A DNA stretch of 63,027 nucleotides, counting the filler, from Squatina squatina (Eukaryota): assembly GCA_031763465.1 (NCBI GenBank). It is 3 parts of 3 records of this genome, joined end to end, with 100 filler letters (N's around TTAATTAATTAA, not from the genome) between each part and the next. Parts side by side here need not be neighbours in the genome. Positions count along the whole stretch, not along the records: positions 1 to 26,848 come from JARFOE010000163.1; 2 more parts are not named here. One strand, given 5' to 3'. A program made the translations under genes and the position numbers. Positions 1-12,791 of the stretch are shown here, piece after piece. Position 1 is the stretch's first letter. Each line of letters opens with the position of its first letter. The notes under the pieces are model-generated. The model searched no databases. It was not told the origin of the DNA and saw nothing but the letters and a program-made list of their open reading frames with translations.

Positions 1-699
1 ACAGAATTTTTTTCAATACAAATTTTGAGACTGAAGCCACGAAGTAACAAAGAATGGAAATCTTAAGCTACCAAATTCAGTGACTCAAATAGTTAATTTA
101 CATTTATTAAGGCGGTATGCAACTCATAAATTATTCATTTCAACAGGTCATGTTCCAAGAAGTATTGTGTCTTTATAAATTATTACTGTAATTTCCAGAA
201 TGATTACCGTGCATTTTCAGTAGCTGTATAAATCCAGATAGAATAGAATGCAAATCAGCTATAAAATTTTAATTAACCTTTCTAAACACCTATGTTTTTA
301 CAGCACATCGATTTAAATTTTAATATGTGGGAGGAAGGGAGAACCAAGTCTATAAATTCATAACAGCTAATTGGTTATTATACTGGGAACCAATTTACAA
401 AGTGACTGTGTAAAATAACTGGAGTTATAATGTGGGTGGTAGGGTAGTCAGTAAATGGCTATAAGATTTATCAACTGAGAAATAATGGTTTGGAACATCA
501 GCAGAACACATTCTATATGTAAGCCAATTTCATATCCTAATATAAAGATTACAATATATNNNNNNNNNNNNNNNNNNNNNNNNNNNNNNNNNNNNNNNNN
601 NNNNNNNNNNNNNNNNNNNNNNNNNNNNNNNNNNNNNNNNNNNNNNNNNNNNNNNNNNNGGCGGAGCAGGCTCAAAGGGCCAAATAGCCTACTCCTAAT

Positions 700-1012
700 T
701 GAGGTGCTTAAAATGATAAAGGGATTCCATAGGGCAATCCAGAACAAGAGGACATAAGCTTAAAATTAGAGCTAGGCCAGTGAAATCAAGAAGCACTTTT
801 TCACATAATTTGTAGTGGAAATTTGGAATTCTCCCCAATAGGTTGTGGATGTGGAATCAATTGAAATTTGACTGAGACCAATAGATTTTTTTTTAGGGAA
901 GGACATCAAGGGATATGGATCTAAGGTGAGTAACTGTAGTTGAGGTATAGATTAACCACAATCTGTTTGAATGATTGAACAGGCTCGAGGGGCTGAATGG
1001 CGCATTCCTGCT
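700..1012 (+). mobile_element. CR1 LINE 3' end
   Basis: ...gtggaaatttggaattctccc...aagggatatgga...gaacaggctcgaggggctgaatggc...ttcctgct tail, shared with other copies. Confidence 0.75.
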
Positions 1013-1769
1013 ACAAAGCTCCTATATATTTCCTATTCTGCTGAGATTCCACCCCACATAAAATGCCAAATAAATTTCAGTGGAGAGGACCAATTTGCAA
1101 GACTTCCACCCACACTATCCTACATGAAGGAGGCACATCTGGATGATTTCCAGACTATCCCAGGGACTCTGCCAGTCAGTCTTTTTAAAGCCCAAATAGA
1201 ACTCTCATTCTCTATGCTAACGATCTGGTCTCTGGGATTGTGGATGGAGTCTGTGTCTTTCACTGCGTTTGCATTCAAGTCCCAACCCTTTGGTGGATTG
1301 GTGCTGTTGGAATTCTGGTCGACATGATTCTGTATTTTAATGGCCATTGAACACAAATCCACCAGTCTGCTGCCTCACCCACCCTAAACATGCTACAGTT
1401 TTGCACATGATGTAATTAATTCTTCTTCATTATATTAGCGTTGCGCAGCTAAAGAAAATAATGCTTTTCATGTTGTATGGTAGAAAGCAGGGGTGCATTT
1501 TGAATTAAGCATTCAAAGTGTTAAGTAAAGCATAAATAAAAAGTTTACAAGGCAGTTCATATTGAATTGAAATGAAAAATGGGTGCAACATAATGATTAC
1601 AAACATAAACCTCTGAAAGTGTAACTTTATTATAGCAGCACTAAATTTAAACTTGACCTGAAAACAGTTTAGATTTAATCACTTTACACAGAAGGTGGTG
1701 AATGTGTGGACTATCCATGGAAGGTAGTAGAGGGGGATTGTGTCCATGAATTGAAGGAGTTGGATGAGT

Positions 1770-1981
1770 CTGTGGAGAGAGAAACAGGGTTAACTTTTCA
1801 GGTCGATAACCCTTCGTCAGAACTGGTTATGGAAATATTATAGCAATGCTGACGAAGGGTCATCGACCTGAAACGTTAACTCTGTTTCGCTCTCCACAGA
1901 TGCTGCCCGACCGGAGTACTTCCAGCATTCTCTGTTTTTATTTCAGATTCCAGCATCTGCAGTATTTTGCTTTTGTTTGAA
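1770..1981. mobile_element. Short Penelope-like (pLTR-derived) element with inverted arms and hammerhead-like core
   Basis: Arms 1769-1820 and 1849-1900 are reverse complements (4 mismatches in 52). Core CTGACGA...GAAACGTT. Flanked by TTGGATGAGT direct repeats (1760-1769, 1982-1991). Confidence 0.7.
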
Positions 1982-2438
1982 TTGGATGAGTATTTGGCAA
2001 TGGGAGCAAAGGGTGGTATGAGAGGGAATGGCGTATGTTTTCTAAATTTTGGGAAAAGCTCAATTGACTGTGCCTGTCTTTTCTGGTCCTGTACATTCCT
2101 ATGTAAAACTCATCAAACATTTGTCATTTATTAGCCTCTGCACTTCAGCTTAAACTCTTGGAAGGAAAAAGCAACAGAAACCATCATATATATTTATTTT
2201 TAAATGAAATGCCAAAGCTATGAAAACAGCCTTAAACAGAAGTTGAGTATGGTTTAATTTTGACAATGCTGGATTATAGCATTGCTATAATATTTCCATA
2301 AAAGTGGATAAGTAAATGTTATAACATGAAAATAACACTCAGTGTTGGAGATGTGACTGCTGTTATTATTTTAGCATTACTGAATGCAAATTATTATCCA
2401 TTTAGATATGTCTACAGGCAATACAGAACAAATATCTA

Positions 2439-2648
<210 letters not shown>

Positions 2649-2914
2649 TTATTTCTGAATCAACAAGTTCTGTTTCTGCATTCAGACACAGAGCAGGAAT
2701 TGCAATGGCACTGAATCATGGCACCAAGATTTGACTGAGTCAGGGAAACACATGAAGCAGGTCTGCTGAGGGTCACACAGGATTGGAAGGCAGGCGGTTA
2801 GTGGGCTGTTTCACNNNNNNNNNNNNNNNNNNNNNNNNNNNNNNNNNNNNNNNNNNNNNNNNNNNNNNNNNNNNNNNNNNNNNNNNNNNNNNNNNNNNNN
2901 NNNNNNNNNNNNNN

Positions 2915-3045
<131 letters not shown>

Positions 3046-5889
3046 CTAACAAACAGAAATCTTTCATTAGTCATGCTGTACTGTGTATAATAATGAAAAA
3101 GAAGGCTTTTAAAAAAATTGTCAACTCTTCTCCTGGCTGTATTGTAGCTAGTCCCTCACATTAGGTTGATAGAGCTTAAACTATTGCAGTAAGTGACCTG
3201 ACACCAACTCGGAGAAATGAACTTCCTTAAAAATTTCAAATGAAGCACAACTTTCATTCCATAAAGAACCAGATACATCTACTGCAATGACACTAAACTG
3301 ATTATGCATCAAGCGTTGTGGGATAAATGATTAGTGCCATTGAATAAAAATACCACTTTTCTTGAGAGTACACACAGGTTTTTAAATTTCATTGATATCC
3401 ATCACAAGCAGTTCAGCTCAGTGGTGCATATATGATCAAAAATTAAAATGGTGTCATAAAACAGCCACTACCAAATTTCATTTTACTTAAAAAAAGATAA
3501 GAAAAGAACTCCTTCCTCTGACGGAGCAGACCTGTCAAGTGTCACTCGTTTAGAATGAGATTTACTTACTTTGGTGNNNNNNNNNNNNNNNNNNNNNNNN
3601 NNNNNNNNNNNNNNNNNNNNNNNNNNNNNNNNNNNNNNNNNNNNNNNNNNNNNNNNNNNNNNNNNNNNNNNNNNNNNNNNNNNNNNNNNNNNNNNNNNNN
3701 NNNNNNNNNNNNNNNNNNNNNNNNNNNNNNNNNNNNNNNNNNNNNNNNNNNNNNNNNNNNNNNNNNNNNNNNNNNNNNNNNNNNNNNNNNNNNNNNNNNN
3801 NNNNNNNNNNNNNNNNNNNNNNNNNNNNNNNNNNNNNNNNNNNNNNNNNNNNNNNNNNNNNNNNNNNNNNNNNNNNNNNNNNNNNNNNNNNNNNNNNNNN
3901 NNNNNNNNNNNNNNNNNNNNNNNNNNNNNNNNNNNNNNNNNNNNNNNNNNNNNNNNNNNNNNNNNNNNNNNNNNNNNNNNNNNNNNNNNNNNNNNNNNNN
4001 NNNNNNNNNNNNNNNNNNNNNNNNNNNNNNNNNNNNNNNNNNNNNNNNNNNNNNNNNNNNNNNNNNNNNNNNNNNNNNNNNNNNNNNNNNNNNNNNNNNN
4101 NNNNNNNNNNNNNNNNNNNNNNNNNNNNNNNNNNNNNNNNNNNNNNNNNNNNNNNNNNNNNNNNNNNNNNNNNNNNNNNNNNNNNNNNNNNNNNNNNNNN
4201 NNNNNNNNNNNNNNNNNNNNNNNNNNNNNNNNNNNNNNNNNNNNNNNNNNNNNNNNNNNNNNNNNNNNNNNNNNNNNNNNNNNNNNNNNNNNNNNNNNNN
4301 NNNNNNNNNNNNNNNNNNNNNNNNNNNNNNNNNNNNNNNNNNNNNNNNNNAAGACTACAAGTAAAGAGATACATTACCTGTACATTAAAAGACATAGCAA
4401 ACACTTTTTTCCTGGCAAACTAACATTATGCAGTAAAATATTACAGAGACTCCAATACCCCAAATTAGGAAGCAACATTACTTATTCAACAACCAGCAGA
4501 ACCCTATAGCCAGCAAAAAACTTAACTGTTTAAGCATTTTAGCTTATAAGCAATTCCATAACAAGTACTGCATTTTCACATTTAACGTGTAAAAATAGAC
4601 TTATTTCAATGGAATTTCTTTGAAACAAATATGACAGACTAGGTATACTATTGTGTAATGATTACCTGAAGATGAAAACGTGACTCATCTCTATATATCA
4701 GCTGAAAGAAGACTAAAGGCAAAAGCTGGATGCTAACAGCATTTTATAGATGCTGTATTTGGTATAAGAGTGAATTTCTATTAACTGATAAAAAGATAAA
4801 CCATAAAGAAAGATGTCAGAAGAGAGCAGATCTTAAGTAACTAGAGTGACATTAAGAATGCTTCAGAACAGAAAGCCCCTTTCCTTTAGCAATTAGATTT
4901 CCACCTGTGTTAGTTTTGCTTGATATTTCAATATTATTCGCTCCTTTAGAATCTGTAAAACCTGACATCATTTTGGAATATGAACATCAGAAACAATTCC
5001 ATTAGTGCGGCAGTAGCTTCCAGATTAACAGCTTCAGTTTAGAAAGACCCATAAAATAGTATTGTTGGCGAAACATTGGATGAAGTGAGGATCGAGAATA
5101 GGGCAATCCCAGAAGCAAGTGTTAGTTAAATATTGCTTGGCACATCATAAGGAATCCACATTTTGGGTCTACAATTAAAGAATTTTAATATTCACATTTA
5201 AACAACGTCTTTAAAACTGCTTAGCTGGCAATGGCTTCTAAAAATTGCTTGGTCATTGATTAAGCTATGTTACTGCCCTTATCATCTAATTTGATTCAAA
5301 CAATTCTGCACAAAATAAAAAACATGGGAAGAAAAGATGTAATTAGAAGTAGGAACGCATGAACCCTGAACTGAGATGACCCAAACGAGGCAGACATATA
5401 ATGTGGTACAGGCCCTTGTAGGCAAGGCCAAAAATGTCAATTTTTATAATCATTGCTGTCAGGCTACCTGCTCATTAGATCTAACAACCCAATAAAATAA
5501 AATTGTATCACAAGTAAAAATCACAAAAGTCCATTAAATCCTTGGCTAACTTTATGACAACTTTTCTTGTTCCACTGTAAAACATGACACATTCAGCATT
5601 TTGTTACAATAGGATTTGGATGAAAGATACTGCCTTCAAAAATTANNNNNNNNNNTTATGCCTCTGAAATTTAGTATCCAAATTGTTATTTTATAAGCTC
5701 GAAGTTACCAGGTTACTGCAAACTTCATTCTCTATGAGAAGTTAAGAAACAGAACAACTAATGTTGCCTGTGGGGATTCATACCACACTTTACATGACCT
5801 GGTTTAGTTCAGTGTAATTTGGTTCATGGTCTGTTCATCACTAATAGATCTTCATCAGACCTAGATTAGACCACATGTAAAGCACTTAC

Positions 5890-5895
5890 CATAGC
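5890..5895 (-). CDS. UNC13A: 6-nt microexon GCT ATG (Ala-Met)
   Basis: Minus strand reads cattgcattcactttgtgcag|GCTATG|gtaagtgct. Encodes exactly the AM in UNC13A LVSDL-AM-SLVQSRK, in the expected position and phase 0. Confidence 0.88.
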
Positions 5896-8800
5896 CTGCA
5901 CAAAGTGAATGCAATGATGAAATAAATTACAAAACATTAATACATGGATTTAAAAAACATCTAAGGCTTGACATTGAACACAAATCACAATGTCAGTCAT
6001 CATGGACACCATTGGCAAGATAGAAATAAGTTTGTGTTGTATTCACTTTACTACACATCTGATTTGTGTGTCATTTTCAGCTAATTGTTTTAATCTTTGT
6101 ATTTTACATGCTTTTGTTTTATTTCACAATTATTGAACAGAAAAGCCAAANNNNNNNNNNNNNNNNNNNNNNNNNNNNNNNNNNNNNNNNNNNNNNNNNN
6201 NNNNNNNNNNNNNNNNNNNNNNNNNNNNNNNNNNNNNNNNNNNNNNNNNNNNNNNNNNNNNNNNNNNNNNNNNNNNNNNNNNNNNNNNNNNNNNNNNNNN
6301 NNNNNNNNNNNNNNNNNNNNNNNNNNNNNNNNNNNNNNNNNNNNNNNNNNNNNNNNNNNNNNNNNNNNNNNNNNNNNNNNNNNNNNNNNNNNNNNNNNNN
6401 NNNNNNNNNNNNNNNNNNNNNNNNNNNNNNNNNNNNNNNNNNNNNNNNNNNNNNNNNNNNNNNNNNNNNNNNNNNNNNNNNNNNNNNNNNNNNNNNNNNN
6501 NNNNNNNNNNNNNNNNNNNNNNNNNNNNNNNNNNNNNNNNNNNNNNNNNNNNNNNNNNNNNNNNNNNNNNNNNNNNNNNNNNNNNNNNNNNNNNNNNNNN
6601 NNNNNNNNNNNNNNNNNNNNNNNNNNNNNNNNNNNNNNNNNNNNNNNNNNNNNNNNNNNNNNNNNNNNNNNNNNNNNNNNNNNNNNNNNNNNNNNNNNNN
6701 NNNNNNNNNNNNNNNNNNNNNNNNNNNNNNNNNNNNNNNNNNNNNNNNAGAGGGGAGAAAAGGAAAATGCATCACTCTATCAAATAACTTGACATTTTAA
6801 TGACTCCTCTACTTCCTTTACCAACATAATCCTGCTCTTTTTTTTTACTGCCAGCCAGTTTCAATCTGTATGTATTTTGCCCACACTAAAAATTTATGTT
6901 AGAATATAATTTTCTTTTCACTAATTATCAAGATTAATGGATTCTGGAGCCCTACGTGCATTTTTTCACTATTGGAACTTGACGAAAACATTATGTCGAA
7001 CTAACAAATGAAATTTTAATACCGATACATGTTTTAAGACAACATTTCCAACATTCCCTCAACATGACAAAGGCTGAACTGAGAAATTAAAACATTTATT
7101 TACTTTTAAGGCTGTGTCAAGTAAACAATGGTTACAAAGTATCCAAAAATCTGGGTACATTAAACCACTTAACAATGGTACAACCTTTTGCTGTTCAACA
7201 GGCAATAATGTTGATGTTAAACAAAATGAACAGCCAACTCAGTTTTCAATAAATATTTGCATTGTAACTATTTAGCAGTGTTAATTATTAGTTTATTAAT
7301 TTGAGGAGATAGGAATGCCCATGAGTCTGACACTTACACAATTATCACAATTTTATGCACCTACATTAATCAACTCAGCCAGACACTATGCATGAGTGGT
7401 CTATAGAGAAGCATATGGAAGAAGCTACATTAAGAATTTAAGTATTTTAGGATGGCTCATGGAGTTAGACACATGGCATCAATAGTCTTGAAATAAAAAA
7501 CAAAACAGGATCTAGGCATTTAGCACCATTATATGAAACTAGTATGATTGTGGCTGCTTGGACATTATATTTCACTATTTTTATATTTACATAAAGACAA
7601 AATAAGTCAGAAAATTTCAACTGTTATGCCATAACAAGCATGCTACTACTCTTATCTGCCATAAAGAGCAAGTGATGGTGTCTTTCCAGACCAGTTAGCA
7701 TACATTCGTTGGAAATAACAGTTATTAATTGTCAAAAACAAGCATTGAAGCCAATTCTAAGCCTCAGATTATGTTACTTTCTAAACAGGTATGGTAAAAT
7801 AAATTGATTTGCAACTACATACATTAATAATCTACAGATTGNNNNNNNNNNNNNNNNNNNNNNNNNNNNNNNNNNNNNNNNNNNNNNNNNNNNNNNNNNN
7901 NNNNNNNNNNNNNNNNNNNNNNNNNNNNNNNNNNNNNNNNNCTTTTTTAAAAATAAAATCAGTGAGCTTCTTAAACATAGTCTACATATTGCATTCAACC
8001 ACTCAAATGTATAACACAATTTGTGTGGAGATAAGCTGAAAGTGGAATAGAGCAAATTCAGCATTTTGGTAATGGCAAATGGGATTTTGGGAGAGCTAGT
8101 TATACTTCTTTGTTTACATGCAATGTATTTAGCTATGTTATATCAGCTAGAACGAAGATTTTACGCACAGGACCAGATTAAGTGATAGTGGATCAAAACG
8201 TTATTCATTAATTAAAACTGTGCCAAAAATTTAGAAACCAAAGTCTTTCAGCCTAGTACTGAACCCAGAGGCCCGTATAATAGTGAACAAAACTAGCTGC
8301 ATGTCGATATTGTAATGCCCTCCCCTGAATATATCAGTCAAGGATTTTCTCACCAGGTCGCTGACCAGTGGGAGGGATTTACGCCGTGGCTTAATGTCAG
8401 GCATGCTGTCAATGCTACGCAGAAATTTAACCGCTGCTCCCCTACAGTTATAAGTGAAAGAAAAGACAAAAGAAAAACAACTGTTATCTTTAAAACCATT
8501 TCATACGGTTGAACACTAATCAAATTTTGGAGCTAGCTGATGCTAAAGTTTGGTAAACATTATGGAGTTGCAATTACAAGGAAATGAAAAGGCTGATATC
8601 TAATATTTTTCTTTGTTTAAAAAACTGGTTCAATCAATTCGGGTTTCAACACTTACTTTAAATCGGCAATTTCACTCCCTGTTACAAATATTTAATTTAA
8701 TTAAAATCACCGAAAATACAAGACAACCAATGAATAGGGAGGAGGGTAGATTTGGGCCATTTGAGATTTAAATGAGCCTGCAATTGATGTCTCGATTGTG

Positions 8801-8949
8801 TTTTGTTTAACAACTGATGAACCTACATGGCAGCAGGTACTTCCTCGTTTGAAATTTTCACATGAGAAGATTGCCATGTCAGTTTAAGAATCAGCACTTT
8901 CATTTGGCTACAAAATATACCTTTAAAGCTGACCAGCTAATGAAAACGT

Positions 8950-9764
8950 GTAGCTGCCTTCAACATCAAGGCAGCATTCAATTGACCAGTGAGCCATAGC
9001 AAATCATGGGTCAATGAAGGTCAAAGGGAAAATTCTCCAATGCCTGCAATCGTATCATACCCAAAGCAAGATGTTTGTGGTTGTTGGAGCACAATCATCA
9101 GAGTCCCAGGACATCGCTGCAGGAGTTCTTCAGGGAAATGTCCTCGGTCCAGCCATCTTCAGCTGCTTCATCAAATACCTTCCCTCCATCGTGGGATCAG
9201 GACTGGGGCCATTCACCAACAATTCCAGTGTTCTGCTCCATTCACAACTTAGCTGATAATGAAGCAGCCATGTCAGCTGACAGCAGGACCCGGATAGTAT
9301 CCAACCTTAGGCTGACATGTGGTATCGCATAAATGCATGTCTGGAACAAAAGGAAGCACAGCCTGCCCTTTCCCCTGCTAGTCAGTTCTGTCACTGTCAA
9401 TATCTTGGGGGCAGGCATTGACCAGAAGCTTAATTGAACCAGTTCCATTCACATCAAGGCTGCGAGGAGGTCAAAAGCTGGATACGCTGCCATGATGAGG
9501 CTCACCAACTCAAATCTTCAAGCCTCTCTACCACCTGCAAGGCTTCAGTCGGGTAGTGTTATGGTGAAATGCTCATCACTTACCTGAATGGGTGTAGCTG
9601 CACAACACAAGCTGAAAGAGCAGTTTGCTTGTTCAGTTCTTGTGCCTCTGGACTGTGTATCCATCCTGTCCACGACTGGCGCACTGTGGCTGCAATATAA
9701 GCAACCTACAGGATGCACTGCAGCAATTTGCCATGGGTACTGGCATTGTACTGCCCTCCCCTCA
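8950..9764 (+). mobile_element. Degenerate non-LTR retrotransposon reverse transcriptase fragment
   Basis: DIAAGVLQGNVLGPAIFSCFIKYLPSIV is a decayed GVPQGSVLGP RT motif; frameshifted. Confidence 0.8.
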
Positions 9765-10034
9765 NNNNNNNNNNNNNNNNNNNNNNNNNNNNNNNNNNNN
9801 NNNNNNNNNNNNNNNNNNNNNNNNNNNNNNNNNNNNNNNNNNNNNNNNNNNNNNNNNNNNNNNNGTCAATTGATTATTGGTCTTATTATGATGCTTACTT
9901 ACAAGTGTTTTTTTTTAGTTATTTTCAAATGGCTAACCATACACTGACAAAAGCACAGGTGTGTCCCATGGATTTTACTTCAGTCGCCTAACAATGTTGT
10001 TTTGTAATTGATTGATAATTTTATTATATAGCAT

Positions 10035-10752
10035 GGGGCCCCAATTTGACTGCGCCCAAATGGACCGCAGCATTCGGGAGCCCACAGCCGGAAGTGCGCC
10101 GCACCACCAGCGAGGCACTGGATGCGGCCTTGGTGACTTAGTCACCGTTCTGGGTCAGCGCAACGTGGCAACGCTGAACCAACATTGCCACAGCACTGAC
10201 CCGGCGGTGACCAGCTGGGTTACGCCAGCAAGGGCTGCAGGCTTGCCGTTGCGCTGGGGATCCAGGGCCACTGCACCACCAGCGACCTAGGATCTGATTG
10301 CAAAACGTGCCGGCACACCAGAGAGCGTGCCGCCAAGTGGGGTGGGGGGGGGATCAGTTTTTTGGGGCGATCGGCCACCACACATCAACCAACAATGTTC
10401 AAAGATGGTAGCCACCAGCACAGGACACATGCCTTTAACGGCCCTTGGCCCAGGGGAAACCTGTCGTTGCCAACGCCAGTCGCGGGGGAGCCGGCCGGCA
10501 ATTCTGGAGGGGGCGCCCCCGCGGTGCACAAAGGGGTCGCAGGCAGGCGGAGAGGGGTCAGCGCGCGATGTTTTGATGTCGCCCATCCGATGCCGGCACC
10601 AACGGCGTCCCCGACATCGAGGCCTATATGCCATGAGGGCTCCAGGCCCAATACTACATTTTATCATTTTTTTCACTCTACGCTGATTTCACGCCTGGGT
10701 AGTGTCGCTAATCTACGCTATCCGGGCGTGAAAGCACACCAATTGGGCCCCC
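10035..10752. mobile_element. GC/CpG-rich non-autonomous PIF/Harbinger-type element
   Basis: Terminal inverted repeats GGGGCCCCAATT...AATTGGGCCCC and a sharp GC shift against AT-rich flanks. The same termini occur at 48209-48223 and 50204-50215, next to TAA. Confidence 0.7.
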
Positions 10753-11016
10753 TACGTATTTCTATGAAATGAGACAGTTAATTGTGGCAATGAGTGAAGC
10801 CCATTCTCACACGAATACATCAACATATCACTAAAAATTCAGAGAGGGATTTGTTGACCCTGGCAAAATATAACAAAAACAAACAAAACAAAAGTAAACA
10901 TAAAAAAAGGAAACAGAGAGAATTACTAGCAAGCAAGGCAACAGGCACAATTCCATGACTATCAGATGCCTCAGAGCATAGTGGCAGGTCACTGTGGGAG
11001 AAAAGAGATGTCTCAC

Positions 11017-11095
11017 CAAATCACTAACAAGATTTTTGGGTTTTTTCTTTCGAAGATCTGGCATACTGTCAATACTGTAAAGCCCACCGCCAGGC
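11017..11095 (-). CDS. UNC13A: Munc13 exon PGGGLYSIDSMPDLRKKKPKNLVSDL
   Basis: Conserved Munc13 motif IDSMPDxRKxKPxxLVSDL. Acceptor gtcttttctag, donor TTG|gtgaga; 79 nt. Confidence 0.93.
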
Positions 11096-11730
11096 CTAGA
11101 AAAGACAGCAATAGTAAAGTGAAGTACCAGTACACAGCTGGGGGAAAAGAACTCCTCGAGGCCTGACCAAGTATGGTCTTGGACAACAGTAATCCTGTAT
11201 AATATAGAACAAAACGTTAACAATGTTACCAGTGCTGCACACTGCATTAACGGAGGTAGAAAAATGAAAATACCAGTATTTCTTGAGCCTCTTTTATAAA
11301 TATTGAAGGAGCATGTTGTGAATAATTGTTTGGAAAACTTTTACTTTCATCAAGGAGAGAGACCAGGTCTGAAACTGCTCCAATTTAAAATGGCATTTAA
11401 TAGAGAAGTTATATTTTTAACGTTTGTTTTCCAGATTCATCTGACTATTTGGACTTTGAGGCTTACAAAAAGGAGCATTAAGCAAAAATACAATTGATAG
11501 AAACTGGTCTGTTTTGTTTTGAAGTTGCCCTTCCAAGCTTTGGTACAGCACCTCCTCAATTAATTTTCAATACATGTCTATGTTGTAACTCTGCTAATGG
11601 CTGCTAGGAGCTTCAGTACAGAAACTGAACAATTTGCTTTTGTTCCTTCCATAAAAAAAACATATTTGCAAACTATATCTAAGTAAATCAAATTGCTTTA
11701 AAATGGACCACTAATAATATTAACACTCAC

Positions 11731-11772
11731 CCTTCCATTTTACCCGAATGGGGCTGAATTTGCAGTCGGAGG
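11731..11772 (-). CDS. UNC13A: Probable UNC13A exon 3' end (LRLQIQPHSGKMEG), truncated by gap
   Basis: Donor GG|gtgagt in phase 2, matching the phase-2 acceptor of the next exon. LRLQIQ resembles the end of the calmodulin-binding motif (VRMQLQE/VRLQLQE). Confidence 0.55.
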
Positions 11773-11872
11773 NNNNNNNNNNNNNNNNNNNNNNNNNNNN
11801 NNNNNNNNNNNNNNNNNNNNNNNNNNNNNNNNNNNNNNNNNNNNNNNNNNNNNNNNNNNNNNNNNNNNNNNN

Positions 11873-11949
11873 TGGTTAGCCTGCTAGAGTCTGACGCAGT
11901 CTCTAGGTCACTGCGTCCATTTGTGGCAGAATCTATGCTATCATAGCGT
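11873..11949 (-). CDS. UNC13A: Probable UNC13A N-terminal linker exon, 5' part (RYDSIDSATNGRSDLETASDSSRLT), truncated by gap
   Basis: Long polypyrimidine tract plus tag acceptor; open Ser/Asp-rich frame; lies between the C2A and PGGG exons. Sequence similarity is weak. Confidence 0.55.
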
Positions 11950-12770
11950 CTACCAGAGAAAGTGGAAAGCACAAAGAGGAAGATAGTGAGGGAAAATTAA
12001 ATAAACCAAAAAGTTACTCTAAACTTTTTTTTATTGCATACCCTACTGAGACAACTGTGCATTCTGGATCAGGATATGAAATTTAAATTGTTTAATATCC
12101 AGAGTGGCACCAATGGGTTGGACAAAAGAAAGGAAGGGGAGGTTTGCAAACAATTCATTGCTCAACTACCATAACACTTCATAGCAAACACACCAAAAAA
12201 AGGGCTTATAGTACCCACAGATGTAGATCTGACTTCTCAGTCCTCCTGTTGGGAACGTTAGCCAAGTGTGTTAGGCAAAGTGGGTGATTTAGGTTATCAA
12301 AGGAAAATTCCAACAAAAAGTAGCATAAACAAAAGTGCATTAGAGAAATAATGGACCGGGAAACATTTGTGTGTGCATTGTCTTATATGCAGTCTGGAGA
12401 AATATTGCACTTAATGGTCCATAAAGACATATATTCTCCATTATACATAATGAATGNNNNNNNNNNATGGTTTAAACATCACATTAATTTATCGATTCGT
12501 ATTGTATATTTAAAAGATGCAGTAGTCTCAGGACATAGTAAGCAATAGTTCCTTCAATTTCCAAAGTTCAACCTCATTGTTGGTTTAAAAACCTTTGATA
12601 GAAAACCAAATTACACGGATTAAAATTATAACAATCACCTAAAGAAAACATTCCACCTTAGAATTTAAAGTACATTCACAGACCCAGTGTGCATTAAAAT
12701 ATATTAATAATTTGTAGTATAATATACAATCCCTAATGTAGATATATATAAACTCAAACATTACTTTAAC

Positions 12771-12791
12771 CAAGTTCGTATCCCCAGTTAC
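12771..12791 (-). CDS. UNC13A: Candidate 21-nt UNC13A microexon (xNWGYELx)
   Basis: Acceptor ttttattgcag then GT AAC TGG GGA TAC GAA CTT G. Resembles the CNWNYFGW segment of UNC13A and preserves frame, but the donor (gttaaa) is weak. Confidence 0.4.

Noticed and set aside
3564-3576. Donor-like CACCAAA|gtaagt at the gap edge as the end of the missing SLVQSRK...NNEEL exon
   Set aside because: Only 7 nt are visible and they do not encode the expected EEL end.
3555-6800. Long ORFs of 218-312 aa in the ORF track (also 12639-13344 and many shorter ones)
   Set aside because: They consist of N-run translations (X); there is no coding evidence.
10012-10772. Cluster of overlapping ORFs or a CpG-island promoter
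   Set aside because: Explained by high GC inside a TIR-bounded transposon; no recognisable protein.
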